Under the pieces are notes generated by a model. That model saw only the letters and a program-made list of their open reading frames with translations. It made no database searches and was not told the origin of the DNA. From positions 872,527-892,526 of the forward strand of contig NW_014577061.1 in the NCBI RefSeq assembly GCF_000485595.1: a stretch of 20,000 nucleotides of DNA, in the 5' to 3' direction. This document shows positions 1 to 10,005 of the stretch, piece after piece (within the stretch, counting starts at the first letter, position 1; each line of letters opens with the position of its first letter). The DNA comes from Priapulus caudatus (taxonomy: Eukaryota). Both the position numbers and the translations under genes were made by a program.

Positions 1-24
1 TGATAGTTTGAGACCTCGCAAACG

Positions 25-410
25 CAGGGTGCGAAATTAACGCGAGTCCGGAGTCAAATACTCCCTGATTTATTGTCGGACTCCCTGATTTGACATATGC
101 AGAGTTTGTGTGACTCCCTGAAAATTCTGCTATATACTAACTAGTTTGTTCCAGAGCACGACCTCGCGAAATTACTGTATTTTTTCAGCAAATGTCCAAA
201 GAAATTTTTGCAGATGTGCAACCGCATGAATCTTCAAAATAAGCACATGCATTATTGTTAATATCTTTAGTTTTGAACTTCAAACTGCGGACTCCCTTAT
301 TTTGCTGCGGACTCCCTTATTTTGCTGCGAACTCCCTTATTTTGCTGCGGACTCCCTCTGTTTGAGGGCAGGGTTGGACTCCCTGGTTCAAAAGTTAATT
401 TCTACCCCTG
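25..410. mobile_element. Complete non-autonomous TIR element (hAT-like MITE, 386 bp) with 6-bp TSD
   Basis: Left end CAGGGTGCGAAATTAAC (25-41). Right end GTTAATTTCTACCCCTG (394-410; reverse complement CAGGGGTAGAAATTAAC). CAAACG is directly repeated at 19-24 and 411-416. The motif ACTCCCT recurs subterminally. Confidence 0.8.
286..357 (+). repeat. 20-bp tandem repeat (TGCGGACTCCCTTATTTTGC) x ~3.6 inside the MITE
   Basis: Read directly from the sequence; one unit has a G>A change. Confidence 0.9.
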
Positions 411-528
411 CAAACGTGTTTTCGCATATATGTGCTAACCTAACCCGGGGTGCTAAACTAGGCTTGTGCCCATATATCTATGTATAAGAACATATAACAG
501 GTGTGACCCTATCCATTCCCAGTACACC

Positions 529-1436
529 AACTAGAAACGAGCAGTTGTCGCCAACTACATGTATCCCCCGTGATCTAGTATGAATGGAATATCTCTGTAA
601 CTTGTAAGGACGTAGAAGGCAGGTAAAGTTAAATAAGTCACAAAGACAAAGGTTTGTTAGACAACTGGTCTGCCTCAGATGTGCAAGTATATATGGAATC
701 TGGTTACCCTAGGAGGCCGAAGAGGAAATGTAAGTTGACGGTCAAGGTCAAACTAAGGTCAAGGGCAGTGGTGGTTTTGGTATGCGACAGACCTTCTCCC
801 CAAGATGTGTAAGCATACCAAGTTTGGTAGCGCTAGGTCAATTAGAGGCCGAGTTACAGAGCGGAAGGGAAATATGATGAAGGTCAAGGTAAAGGTGAAA
901 TGAAGGTCGCAGTGACCTGGTTTTGATACTGTGCACACCTTCTCCCCAAGATGCCAAGGTGCGTTATGGTAAAGCGAAGACGCCAATCGTTTTTGGTGTG
1001 GGCGGAGTCATCGTTGCCATGGTAACAACATTTTTGTGGAAATATTGTTGAACCTGTAACTTGTGCTGTTTTTACCCGATTGTCATGGAATTTGGCACAC
1101 AGGGCCGATATAACATGTCCTATATATATATATATATGTATATATTGGTCCTGTGTGCCAAATTTCATGCCAATCGGGTAAAAACTGCAGAAGTTACAGG
1201 TTCTAGAATATTTCGACAAAAAATGTTGTTACCATGGCAACGATGACTCCGCCCCCACACCAAAAACGATTGACATCTTCGCTTTACGATAACGCACCTT
1301 CATGCGAAATTTGAAGATGATCCGAGAAGAACTGCAGCCGGTAGAGCGCTCACAAGGAAATCTCTGCGGCGGCGGCGGCGGCGCGACGAGGCCAAATCCA
1401 TAGTATCCTCCCGAACTCGTTCGGGGGATACAATTA
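529..1436 (-). mobile_element. Helentron/Helitron2-associated non-autonomous element (HINE/DINE-1-like), family A
   Basis: Subterminal inverted repeats TGTATCCCCCG (560-570) and CGGGGGATACA (1422-1432). A partial IR (GTATCCTCCCG, 1403-1413) and a (GGC)n microsatellite (~1367-1382) lie at the minus-strand 5' end. A small hairpin AGTTG-tcgc-CAACT (543-556) and CTAGTT form the minus-strand 3' end. Internal GGTCAAGGTCA-containing repeat units occur at ~740-950. Confidence 0.75.
956..1300. repeat. Long imperfect palindrome (~160-bp arms) centred on (TA)n, inside HINE A
   Basis: AAGGTGCGTTATGGTAAAGCGAAG...GGCACACAGG mirrors CCTGTGTGCC...CTTCGCTTTACGATAACGCACCTT. The TA run is at ~1121-1145. Confidence 0.9.
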
Positions 1437-1519
1437 GGCCTACCATACATGTTCTTATTTTATTTTTTTCAAATTTTTGGCTGCATGCTAAGCTTTTATG
1501 TGATTATTTGTTTACCCTA

Positions 1520-1738
1520 TTTTTAGCTCATCTGACATAGTCAGATGCAGCTTGTATTGTAGAATCGCATGATTGTCCGTGCGTCCGTCCGTGCGTCCGT
1601 GCGTCCGTCCGTCAACAGTTGGGCACAAATCTTAACCGCTCGACGTACGGTCACGATATTCGGGGCGTCAGGGGTGATCGTGAAAAGGACTCGGGATGAC
1701 GAATTTGGGGGGTCAAGGGTCAAAGGTCAAGAGGTGTA
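1520..1738 (+). mobile_element. 5' part of HINE family B (TTTTTAGCTCA... type), truncated by an N gap
   Basis: Starts TTTTTAGCTCA, followed by hairpin CATCTGAC-ata-GTCAGATG and a (GTCC/GTGC)n microsatellite at ~1576-1612. GGTCAAGGGTCAAAGGTCA occurs just before the gap. Confidence 0.7.
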
Positions 1739-1748
1739 NNNNNNNNNN

Positions 1749-1819
1749 CCGATAAAATGTGCTTGAAAAGTCCTTAAAAAGTCCTTGGAAAAAATTTCAG
1801 TCCTCCTGTATGAACCATA
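1749..1819. mobile_element. Right-end remnant of a non-autonomous DNA transposon
   Basis: Repeated AAAAGTCCTT subterminal motifs ending in TGTATGAACCAT. This resembles a decayed CAGGGTTC(A/G)TAC-type terminus. The other end is lost in the gap. Confidence 0.4.
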
Positions 1820-2446
1820 AGGTAAACAAAAGCAATTTACTGTATTTCACTATGAATCATCTGAATATTTTTTTTATAGAAATTATCACTGAAAGAAAAT
1901 ATGTTGAAATAACAAAGTATGCACAGATAAAGTGATTCGTGTCATATTTTTGCTATCATATATGTATACTTATCGTATATATATATATAGTTATATATAT
2001 CTGGTTTACCCTTTGTTTAATGTGCCATATTTTTGGAATAACCAGTCAGTCTTATAGTTATAGCTCCTTCAATTGACAAAACATTTAGTTGCTACCTTGG
2101 TGGTCGTTGACAAGTTGACTTTCATAAAACTGGCCTAATAATAGGTCTGACTATATATAATATGACTCGATGTGGATTTTAACCGCTAGATAATCGCAGT
2201 TTATATCATAATTCTGTAACAATGCTTTCTAAATGAATTAATATTCAATTAGCACACATGTACGATTGGCTGGTGTTCTGTCAATCGAGATCTTATTTTA
2301 TGTACCTGAACATTTTTTATAATAAAATATTACAAAAATTAGCTGCCGATTTTCACTTCTATGTAGAGGATGGTTTTGAAAATGGTGTGCAGGCCTGTGT
2401 GTGTCTCTTCTGTACTTTTAAAACAGTTTTGTTTAATTATTTCTAG

Positions 2447-2910
2447 GTGCCTTTTTGATACCATACTTCATCATGTTGATCATTGAGGGTATTCCACTTC
2501 AGTATATAGAGCTTGGAATTGGACAGAAGCTACGCAAAGGCAGTATAGGAGTTTGGAATGAAATTCACCCGTTTCTGGGAGGAGTTGGAATCTCAAGTAC
2601 CATTACAGGTTTCTTGGTGGGGACGTACTATAACGTCATCATAGCTTGGTGTCTGTATTTCCTGTTTAATTCATTCAGAAAACAGCTGCCATGGGCAGAG
2701 TGTCCAGTTGACAGTAGTAACAATAACACAGTTGTGCACGAGTGCCATATCAGCTCATCAACGTCATACTATTGGTACCGAAATGCATTGAACATATCGC
2801 CATCGATTGGAGAGTTTGGTGGAATGCAGTGGAAGATGGTTGGCTGCCTGTGTCTGGCCTGGACAATTGTCTTTGTCTGCATGATGAGGGGAATCAAGTC
2901 AGCAGGAAAG
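2447..2910 (+). CDS. Internal coding exon of an SLC6 sodium-dependent neutral amino-acid transporter, B(0)AT/orphan subfamily (SLC6A15/17/18/19/20-like), covering TM2-TM4 and EL2
   Basis: Acceptor ttatttctAG (ending at 2446) gives phase-1 (G)GAFLIPYFIMLIIEGIPL..ELGIGQ..RKGSIGVWN.I.P.LGGVG...YYNVIIAWCLYFLFNSF..LPWAECP...EC..SSSTSYYWYRNALNIS.SI.E.GG..WKM..CL.LAW.IV....MRGIKSAGK. Donor AAG|GTATGT at 2910/2911 is phase 0. The EL2 disulfide Cys pair and N-glycosylation sequons (NNT, NIS) are present. Confidence 0.95.
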
Positions 2911-3093
2911 GTATGTATTGCATCAGTTTCTTAAAGACAGTCAATATGTTCTTGTCTTCTTGATACTTAAATCTACTCTGGTCTCAAGTTATTAATGGCA
3001 TAGAATCATGCATTCGTGATACTATTCAGTCAAAAAAAGTAGGTAATCCCCCAGTCTCCCAAAATAAACGAGCACAATTATGAATGCAATTCT

Positions 3094-3158
3094 AGCTGCG
3101 TTCACACGTATACACGGCCTAGCTGGTACCGTACTTAGTTGGTGCTAAGTTCGGGCTA
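3094..3158 (+). mobile_element. Left end of a Harbinger/Tourist-like MITE, cut by a gap
   Basis: AGCTGCGTTCACACGTA is nearly identical to the start of the element at 18875 (AGCCGCGTTCACACGTA). Confidence 0.4.
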
Positions 3159-3393
3159 NNNNNNNNNNCATTTAGGTATAAATATAATTGCACTTTTGTG
3201 ATGATTAGCCCTCGGTCTGTAACGTGCAAAATGAATTGTCAAATACGCAACTTTTTCGGGGTGGCAGCACGGTCGCGGGTGTCATGGCGCCGTTCAAATT
3301 TCGTAGCGTTGATGTGTAATTAATTATAACAATTAAATTAGGTATCTGGTAACAAATACATGTGGGTATAGACGATTTGTTATACAGCAGCAT

Positions 3394-3990
3394 TCACATC
3401 TCTGTTGCTTTTCCTTTGTGGACATATCTAACATATATGCTTTCCTGCGCATGACCAGCTATGTCTGTTGACCCGTACATGATAAAGCTGAAAAAGCTAG
3501 CATCGTTTATTTTTTCATCCATTTCGTGATGCGTACAATCAGCAATGCATTCGATAAACTTAAGGCCAGCTTTGTCATTAATGTAGGTTTCACCTATTTC
3601 TAGGCCTTTGGCCTTGTCCAGTTGTGTGATCCAGGTATAATCAGTCAACGGTCTGCTCCGTTTAGCAGTGGCATAAGCATTTAATAAATAACCTAGTTTC
3701 TGCCGGTCAGCTGCTTTGATTGCTTGCAGAGCTCGGCCAGCCCTTGACATAGCAATATCATGTTGGCTGCTTGTAGCTGCCTTCCTTAATTCCATAGCTT
3801 TAACATGATATTTACTCTGCTCATGGTCAGTAATACTTGACTTCTTAAAGTTATTGCATCCGTTAATGAAATAATTCTGTTCTCTAAGCTTAAAGCTTGA
3901 ACCTACAAACTTCCCATGATAGTTCACACACACGTCGCATGTCATCATTTTCTTATCTTTTATCATATAACTGCCAATCTCTTCCTATCG
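3394..3990 (-). pseudogene. Decayed hAT-family transposase fragment (ZNF862/C17orf113-like: TTF-type zinc finger plus start of the catalytic region)
   Basis: Motifs MTCDVC...FINGCNNFKKSSITDHEQSKYH, AYATAKRSRPLTDY, KGLEIGETYIND, and FFSFIM(Y)GSTD...QESIYVRYV. The upstream motif GRDWxLYD joins through a 1-nt frameshift near 3958-3962. The first catalytic Asp codon is TAC instead of GAC (3475-3477). The ORF stops prematurely at 3394. Confidence 0.8.
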
Positions 3991-4169
3991 CTTTCCCACA
4001 CCATAGATTAATTTGTTACACGCGTAGTGAGACCGCGTGTAGACGCGTGAGACGCGTAGTAGACCGATAGCCGAGTCGGTTTAGAGTTAGTGTTAGAGTT
4101 AGGCATAGTGGGTGTTACTGCCGTACCCGTAACCGAGCTGCGTAGTAGTTGATATAGTGTAACTGTTAC

Positions 4170-4262
4170 CGGACACACGGTCTGGTAAAGCCAAATTTTT
4201 TGTCGGACCTGTGCAAAAATCACCGGTTTTGTCCGACGGTCCGACGCTTTTGGCGAGGACTA
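4170..4262 (-). mobile_element. Probable 5' terminus of the hAT element carrying the transposase fragment
   Basis: The minus strand begins TAGTCCTCGCCAAAAGCG at 4262 (hAT-type YAG start). Clustered TCGGAC/GTCCGA subterminal motifs follow, about 270 bp upstream of the ORF. Confidence 0.55.
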
Positions 4263-5923
4263 TTGCAGTAAAATCCTAGAGGCTACTGTCCATTTAAGAG
4301 CAAGTGTCTAAAGTATGGCTAACATGTCTTAGAAGGCTTGTACATCGTTATTTTCAAAAAAATAAACAACGATTGAAATCTGATTGTTTGCATCATGTGG
4401 ACGTGGTTACTTGATGATGCCACTTGTTTCTCGCAAAACCCTGTCCCTGTTCTTTGACATGGTAACTTAGCAATATAGATGTTGTGCCAGCTAGTCTAGA
4501 ACCAATACATCACTCAATGAGATGCACTTTTTTCTGCATGTCAATTTCAGGCAAATTGGTTCTATGAAAGCATGTGGCTACATTATTTGCTATTTTATAA
4601 ACCATGACAGCATAAACTCATGGTAATTTTTATACTGTCCAGAGTAATTGGTAGCATGTTTGCTATTATGTTCCCTCGACTGTACAGTTATTTATTAAAT
4701 GATTCCTTTGAAGAGAAAGTCAATGTAATGCATTCATAAACACAGCAAACCATATGAACACGTTCACATATTCTATGGGCGGTTTCTAGCTGTATGGTTT
4801 CTGTCTGATAGTTTTCATTGTGCTTCATGCAGACATTTCGCAAACCGATTAGGCTCCTTTGCCTGTGGGCAATTATGTAGCAAAGTATCTAATAACGGGC
4901 CTGTTTCCAATATTATTCTTAGCCAGTCTTGACTATTATGAGGCTTTAGCAGATCATAATTGTAGGTGAGTAGGCATGTTTGAGATTGACAATCATGCTC
5001 GCCTTTGCTCGGCCGCATAGGTCATCACTACGGAATGTTTTGAACCATGGTACTATCCCTGCATACATGTAATACCTACTACTGAAATCTTTTCCAAAGC
5101 CTACACTTTGTATGGCTCCCCAACACGCCTCCTGCAGAAATGTTGTGTTGTGGGAGTCCTACAAACTAAGTCCAGGTGTTAGCTATGTGCCTTTCTTTTA
5201 TCAGGATAACCAATACTTTCCTCAGGTTAGCTATGCTATGTTATCTGCTTTCTCTATATAGATGATACTGTACTAAGGCAGTAATATGTTCACTACACCT
5301 ACCAACTCTACCAGGGGTATTTTGTTCAGATTTTGTGCAATATGGGCCTTCTCTGTATCTCAAACACCCTGCTCGATGGTAGAAATCAATACATTGAAGC
5401 CTGAAACGATACCCAAACGATTATGATGATTTTTATCAGCAGTAAAATTGGAGAGCATTGTATACATGTGTACTTGCCAAAACCTTGCCAGCATGCAATG
5501 AAAGCTGTGATGCTCGGGACAGCATCCATTTAAAAGAAAATTGCTGAGTATTATAAGGCATGCGTGGTGGTGGGAGTGGGGGTATGGTGTGTGCGCGCGC
5601 GTGTGTGTGTGTGTGTGTGGGGGGGGGTTATTTCTGTCATTCCTTGTTAATGACGACATGTCGCACACCGTGTATTAATTGGGTAAGTCTAGACCCATCA
5701 TTTTTATCATTGATCAGTAGTATGGAGCATTTTATTCTCGTAATACATGTGCTATCATATATCTATCTCACATGAAAGTTTATTTTGACAAATTTCATTG
5801 AAAGTAACATTTATGTTAGTCTCGACATTAAAGCACACTTTTATTGTATACTGACCTGCTACTCATTATCCCCATGCTATACTGTGCTTCTGCAAGCCAA
5901 GCTGTGACCTGCGTGGTATAAGT

Positions 5924-6861
5924 AACTAGACAGAGGGCACTCACGGAGAGTGCATACCTCCGCGAGCATGTAACATGTATGTGCTCGCTGGTGGCGTCTN
6001 NNNNNNNNNNNNNNNNNNNNNNNNNNNNNNNNNNNNNNNNNNNNNNNNNNNNNNNNNNNNNNNNNNNNNNNNNNNNNNNNNNNNNNNNNNNNNNNNNNNN
6101 NNNNNNNNNNNNNNNNNNNNNNNNNNNNNNNNNNNNNNNNNNNNNNNNNNNNNNNNNNNNNNNNNNNNNNNNNNNNNNNNNNNNNNNNNNNNNNNNNNNN
6201 NNNNNNNNNNNNNNNNNNNNNNNNNNNNNNNNNNNNNNNNNNNNNNNNNNNNNNNNNNNNNNNNNNNNNNNNNNNNNNNNNNNNNNNNNNNNNNNNNNNN
6301 NNNNNNNNNNNNNNNNNNNNNNNNNNNNNNNNNNNNNNNNNNNNNNNNNNNNNNNNNNNNNNNNNNNNNNNNNNNNNNNNNNNNNNNNNNNNNNNNNNNN
6401 NNNNNNNNNNNNNNNNNNNNNNNNNNNNNNNNNNNNNNNNNNNNNNNNNNNNNNNNNNNNNNNNNNNNNNNNNNNNNNNNNNNNNNNNNNNNNNNNNNNN
6501 NNNNNNNNNNNNNNNNNNNNNNNNNNNNNNNNNNNNNNNNNNNNNNNNNNNNNNNNNNNNNNNNNNNNNNNNNNNNNNNNNNNNNNNNNNNNNNNNNNNN
6601 NNNNNNNNNNNNNNNNNNNNNNNNNNNNNNNNNNNNNNNNNNNCTGGCAATTTTAATCGCCGCGATCGGGCGATAAAAATTGCTCGTGTGCCGCCCTAAG
6701 GCGAGCTGGTGCTGAATCGATCGCGCCAACGCGTGTAACATGTATACATGTGTATAACAGTTGGCTCGCTGCTGGCTACACACACACACGAACACACACA
6801 CGAACGCATCACACGAGAGGGATCACATTACCTCCCTGTAACTCCGTTGCGCGGAGGTAAT
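5924..6861 (-). mobile_element. HINE family C, copy 1 (interrupted by a 644-N gap)
   Basis: 5924-5999 is almost the exact reverse complement of 14922-14997. Subterminal IRs are TACCTCCGCG (5955-5964) and CGCGGAGGTA (6850-6859). A (CA)n-like tract lies at ~6778-6801. Confidence 0.85.
6644..6696. mobile_element. Right end of a probable Harbinger-like MITE nested in HINE C copy 1
   Basis: Hairpin GCAATTTTAATCGCC...GGCGATAAAAATTGC, then GTGTGCCGCCC|TAA. The architecture matches the right end of the 9035-9488 MITE. It abuts the CCTAAGGCGAGCTG motif of family C. Confidence 0.5.
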
Positions 6862-8945
6862 GATGGTTTCCAACCTGGTGTCAGGTGGCATTTCAATTTT
6901 GTGAAGCTATTTGATGTTTTGCAGCAGAATAAGCCACTTATAATTAAATTATGAGATAGCAGCACAATTATGGTATTTCATTAACTGTAATTATCTGTAA
7001 TCTATCTAAGAAAATGTAAAGTAGGTTTTTTGTGACGTAGACAATATTGCTTTCCTGCTTCAAAATATATCACATTTTTTTGGCAAATCCTTCATGCTCC
7101 CTTCAAAGTAATAATGCAGGCAACGTTCATTAGTCTTTTTTGTCATACATTTTAATAGTTAAAAGCGTCTTGTAGGCTAGTTGCAATTTATGTATGCAAG
7201 AATCAGTTTCACAGATCATCAATTCACACAGAAATTAATGTAAGAATGAGCTCTGCTTGTTGTAGAAGGGCACACTGTGATTGGAGGAAATTGGATTGAA
7301 TTGGGTCAAACGATAGTGGCCCCAGCAGTTTTCTGAGTAGCGTGATCTAGGATACGCCTCTTTGAAACTGAAATTGAATGTCATTATGATACAAGCAGTG
7401 TCCCAGACATTACGTTTCCTTTTATTACTGAACGATGCCCTGACTTGTAATGTGGTGTCTAGCGGTTTACCCATATAAGTACTGTGAGCTTGCGTTACAG
7501 GTTTCAGGCACATTTTGAACATAAATCATGGGCTGTTCTAACTTAAATTAAGAGTAATTTAAATTAAATGTAAGCGGGGCTGATCCAGCAGAAGTTCCAT
7601 GGGAGGTTGGTCCAGGTGCTACCTTTGTGAATGCAGATCTGGTTTTTCAAGTATGTAACAGAAATTTGCCTTGGTCGAAATTATTTCAGTATAAGATTAA
7701 AGAGAGTGAGGTATTTCGTAATGGAAATTAAATCGGCAGATTGCCGACTGCAGAAAAAACTGGTGCAGGAAACTATCATGCCGAAGCCCCCAAATCGGCT
7801 TTCAACAGGCCCTCCGCTCCAGAACTCGTGAAACTGCTCCTGAACTGTGTTTATGATCCCTCTGGTGTGTATAACACATTGAACAGTGTGTTTCTATCTC
7901 GCTCGTTAAAAAACTGCCGAAATCCATGTAAATTCATAGTTTAAAAAATATCGTAATAGCCATATATATATATATCATGGAAGTTTCTTAGATAGTGAAT
8001 TAACAATTTTTGCTTGTTTGGCAGATTATTGTAATTTAATTTTAACATGAGAACCTCATAAGAAATTGATTGCTATATATTAGGACGCCTGGACGTCTAC
8101 TATATTACGTTTTTCAAGAGGTTCTGCAGCAAATACTTAATGTGCACCCGCATCCATTTATTTGATCTGTTATATTTTACTTTTAGTTAATGTGATCATT
8201 ATCGTAATATTTGAAATGTGGTTACACTTGCACATACCGTATTAAATTGCGGAGGGATACCTAATACCTAATAAGGCAGTCAGCGATATGTAAAATCATG
8301 GGCCTGAACAAGATTTGTTACTAATTACGTACGGGAAACCAGTTAAATGTCAGGGTAGAATTTGTGTCAAGGTGGTATTGTAGGATTTGGTGCAGTTTTC
8401 AGAAATATATATCTCACCGTGACTGGCCTATGCGGATACAGTGCGTGAAAACACAGTCACTGTTGTAGATGCCTTCTTGACGAGACGTGGCGTATCAGTT
8501 TCGGGTTCTGTAAGTTTGCCAGCGACTTGTGACGGGATGAGGCGATGAAAATACGCGTCGCTGAAAATACATCGCGTCAGCACTATAATATGTTTTTCTG
8601 CAACGTCTGGAAATTCGGTCACAACTAGGACCGCCATGTGTTCATTAGGCCAGTGCTAGCTAGCCACAAGTTATACCTTCTCGCTTATCCACTACTTGGC
8701 GAGAAGTGTGCCTGTCCAACGACTTGAAACAGTCGTAGCTAGCTAGAGCGTGGTCAGGCTAGGTCAATGCATCCCTACCAAAACGATGATAAAATATTTA
8801 TAGATCATAATATACCATGTGCACAATACCAATTACCATATGGATTGATAGTTTCGATGGGAATAAATAATGGGAAAAAGTCATTATGGCTCAATTGACG
8901 AAATACATATCGATCTATTAATAATGTATTTATAGTCTAGACTAG

Positions 8946-8946
<1 letters not shown>

Positions 8947-8993
<47 letters not shown>

Positions 8994-8998
8994 TATAT
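8947..8998. repeat. (TA)n microsatellite
   Basis: Read directly from the sequence. Confidence 0.95.
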
Positions 8999-9034
8999 TG
9001 TTGAACAGAGGGAGTCAAGAGATGAACTCAATAA

Positions 9035-9488
9035 AGGCCGTCGCACACCTACCCAAAAATCGGTTCGATTAAAAAATCTCATCGTTTATAAAATCGGCTC
9101 ATCGCGACGCCTTCCGATAAACACCTGCACACCTACGATAAAATTGATTATTTAAATCTCTCTCAATTTCGTTCGTCTACGCTTTGTCTATGGTAGGCGC
9201 CATTTTGAATGTCATGTGACACGGGCACGTTCAGCTATTGGCTGTTCAATATTTATCGTAGAGGATTTTTCTGAGTTCACGCGCACACCACAAAATCTTG
9301 TCGGATTACACAAAATTGCTTCAAAATAATCAGTTCAAAATCAAACATGTTTGATTTGGAACGATCACCGGATAAAAATAATCGTAAGTAAAATTGTCTA
9401 CAAATGAACGCGCACACCTACCCGATATCGGCTGATTTTTATCGGGCCGATCAAATCGCGTGAAAAATCGGCTGGTGTGCGACGGCCT
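9035..9488. mobile_element. Complete PIF/Harbinger (Tourist-like) MITE, 454 bp, TAA TSD
   Basis: Perfect 15-bp TIRs AGGCCGTCGCACACC / GGTGTGCGACGGCCT. TAA is present at 9032-9034 and 9489-9491. GCACACCTAC is reiterated internally. Confidence 0.88.
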
Positions 9489-9745
9489 TAAACATCAAGC
9501 GATGAACTCTTAATTGTGTTAAGCATCTTGACATATTTTCCAGACATGGGAACATTTATCCATGTCATATATTCGTTTTGCTATTCACTAATTGTCACGT
9601 GTGCGTACATGCTAATGTGGATCGTGTCAACACGTTGGAGCTTACTTTCATGTGTCTATGGTGTGCAATCCCTCTTTGTATTAGGGCCCGTAGGGTCTAT
9701 GTTTCCCTGACCTCTGTTTGACCTGGCTCGTTTAGCTATTTCTGA

Positions 9746-9787
9746 CTAACCCTAACCATAACCCTAACCCTAACCCTAACCCTAACC
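9746..9787 (-). repeat. Interstitial telomere-like (TTAGGG)n tract within the MITE
   Basis: About 7 units of TAACCC/TAACCA on the plus strand. Confidence 0.9.
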
Positions 9788-9822
9788 ATATCACTATCAG
9801 ATAGTTACCAGGGTTAGGGTTA

Positions 9823-10005
9823 CAGGGGCGTGTACAGGGGGTGGGGGGGTCCAGGGTGTCCGGACCCCCCCTGCTCGCGCAGAAAACGCATCTAAGGGGG
9901 TCTAATTTCAAAAAATTTTGGGGGAGAGCCCCCCCTTCGCGTGCTTGCAAGTTTGGGTTACGGTTAGACCCCAAACCCCTGGTACAAATCCTGTACACGC
10001 CCCTG
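9823..10005. mobile_element. 183-bp MITE nested in the TTAGGG MITE, 16-bp perfect TIRs, 5-bp TSD GGTTA
   Basis: CAGGGGCGTGTACAGG (9823-9838) and CCTGTACACGCCCCTG (9990-10005). GGTTA is present at 9818-9822 and 10006-10010. Confidence 0.88.

Noticed and set aside
286..357. Regular short repeats as a possible CRISPR array
   Set aside because: The units are contiguous with no unique spacers, the context is eukaryotic, and the array lies inside a MITE.
2911..2934. C-terminal VCIASVS of the 159-aa ORF, and its TTG start at 2455
   Set aside because: This is read-through past the GTATGT donor. The ORF is an internal exon, not a complete gene.
4815..5018. Short protein-like ORFs here and at 10121-10694 and 11023-11320
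   Set aside because: No recognisable motifs or consistent splice structure, and the lengths are compatible with chance.
5877..6801. Long ORFs of 225-286 aa
   Set aside because: They are artefacts of translating through the 644-N gap.
8428..8637. Minus-strand 69-aa ORF vaguely like a THAP C-terminus, followed by a GTGAGA donor-like site
   Set aside because: It lacks the CxxHF and AVPT signatures, so the resemblance is too weak.
9746..9822. Telomere or chromosome-fusion site
   Set aside because: The tracts are short and enclosed by MITE TIRs. The CCCTAA-then-TTAGGG order is the opposite of an end-to-end fusion.
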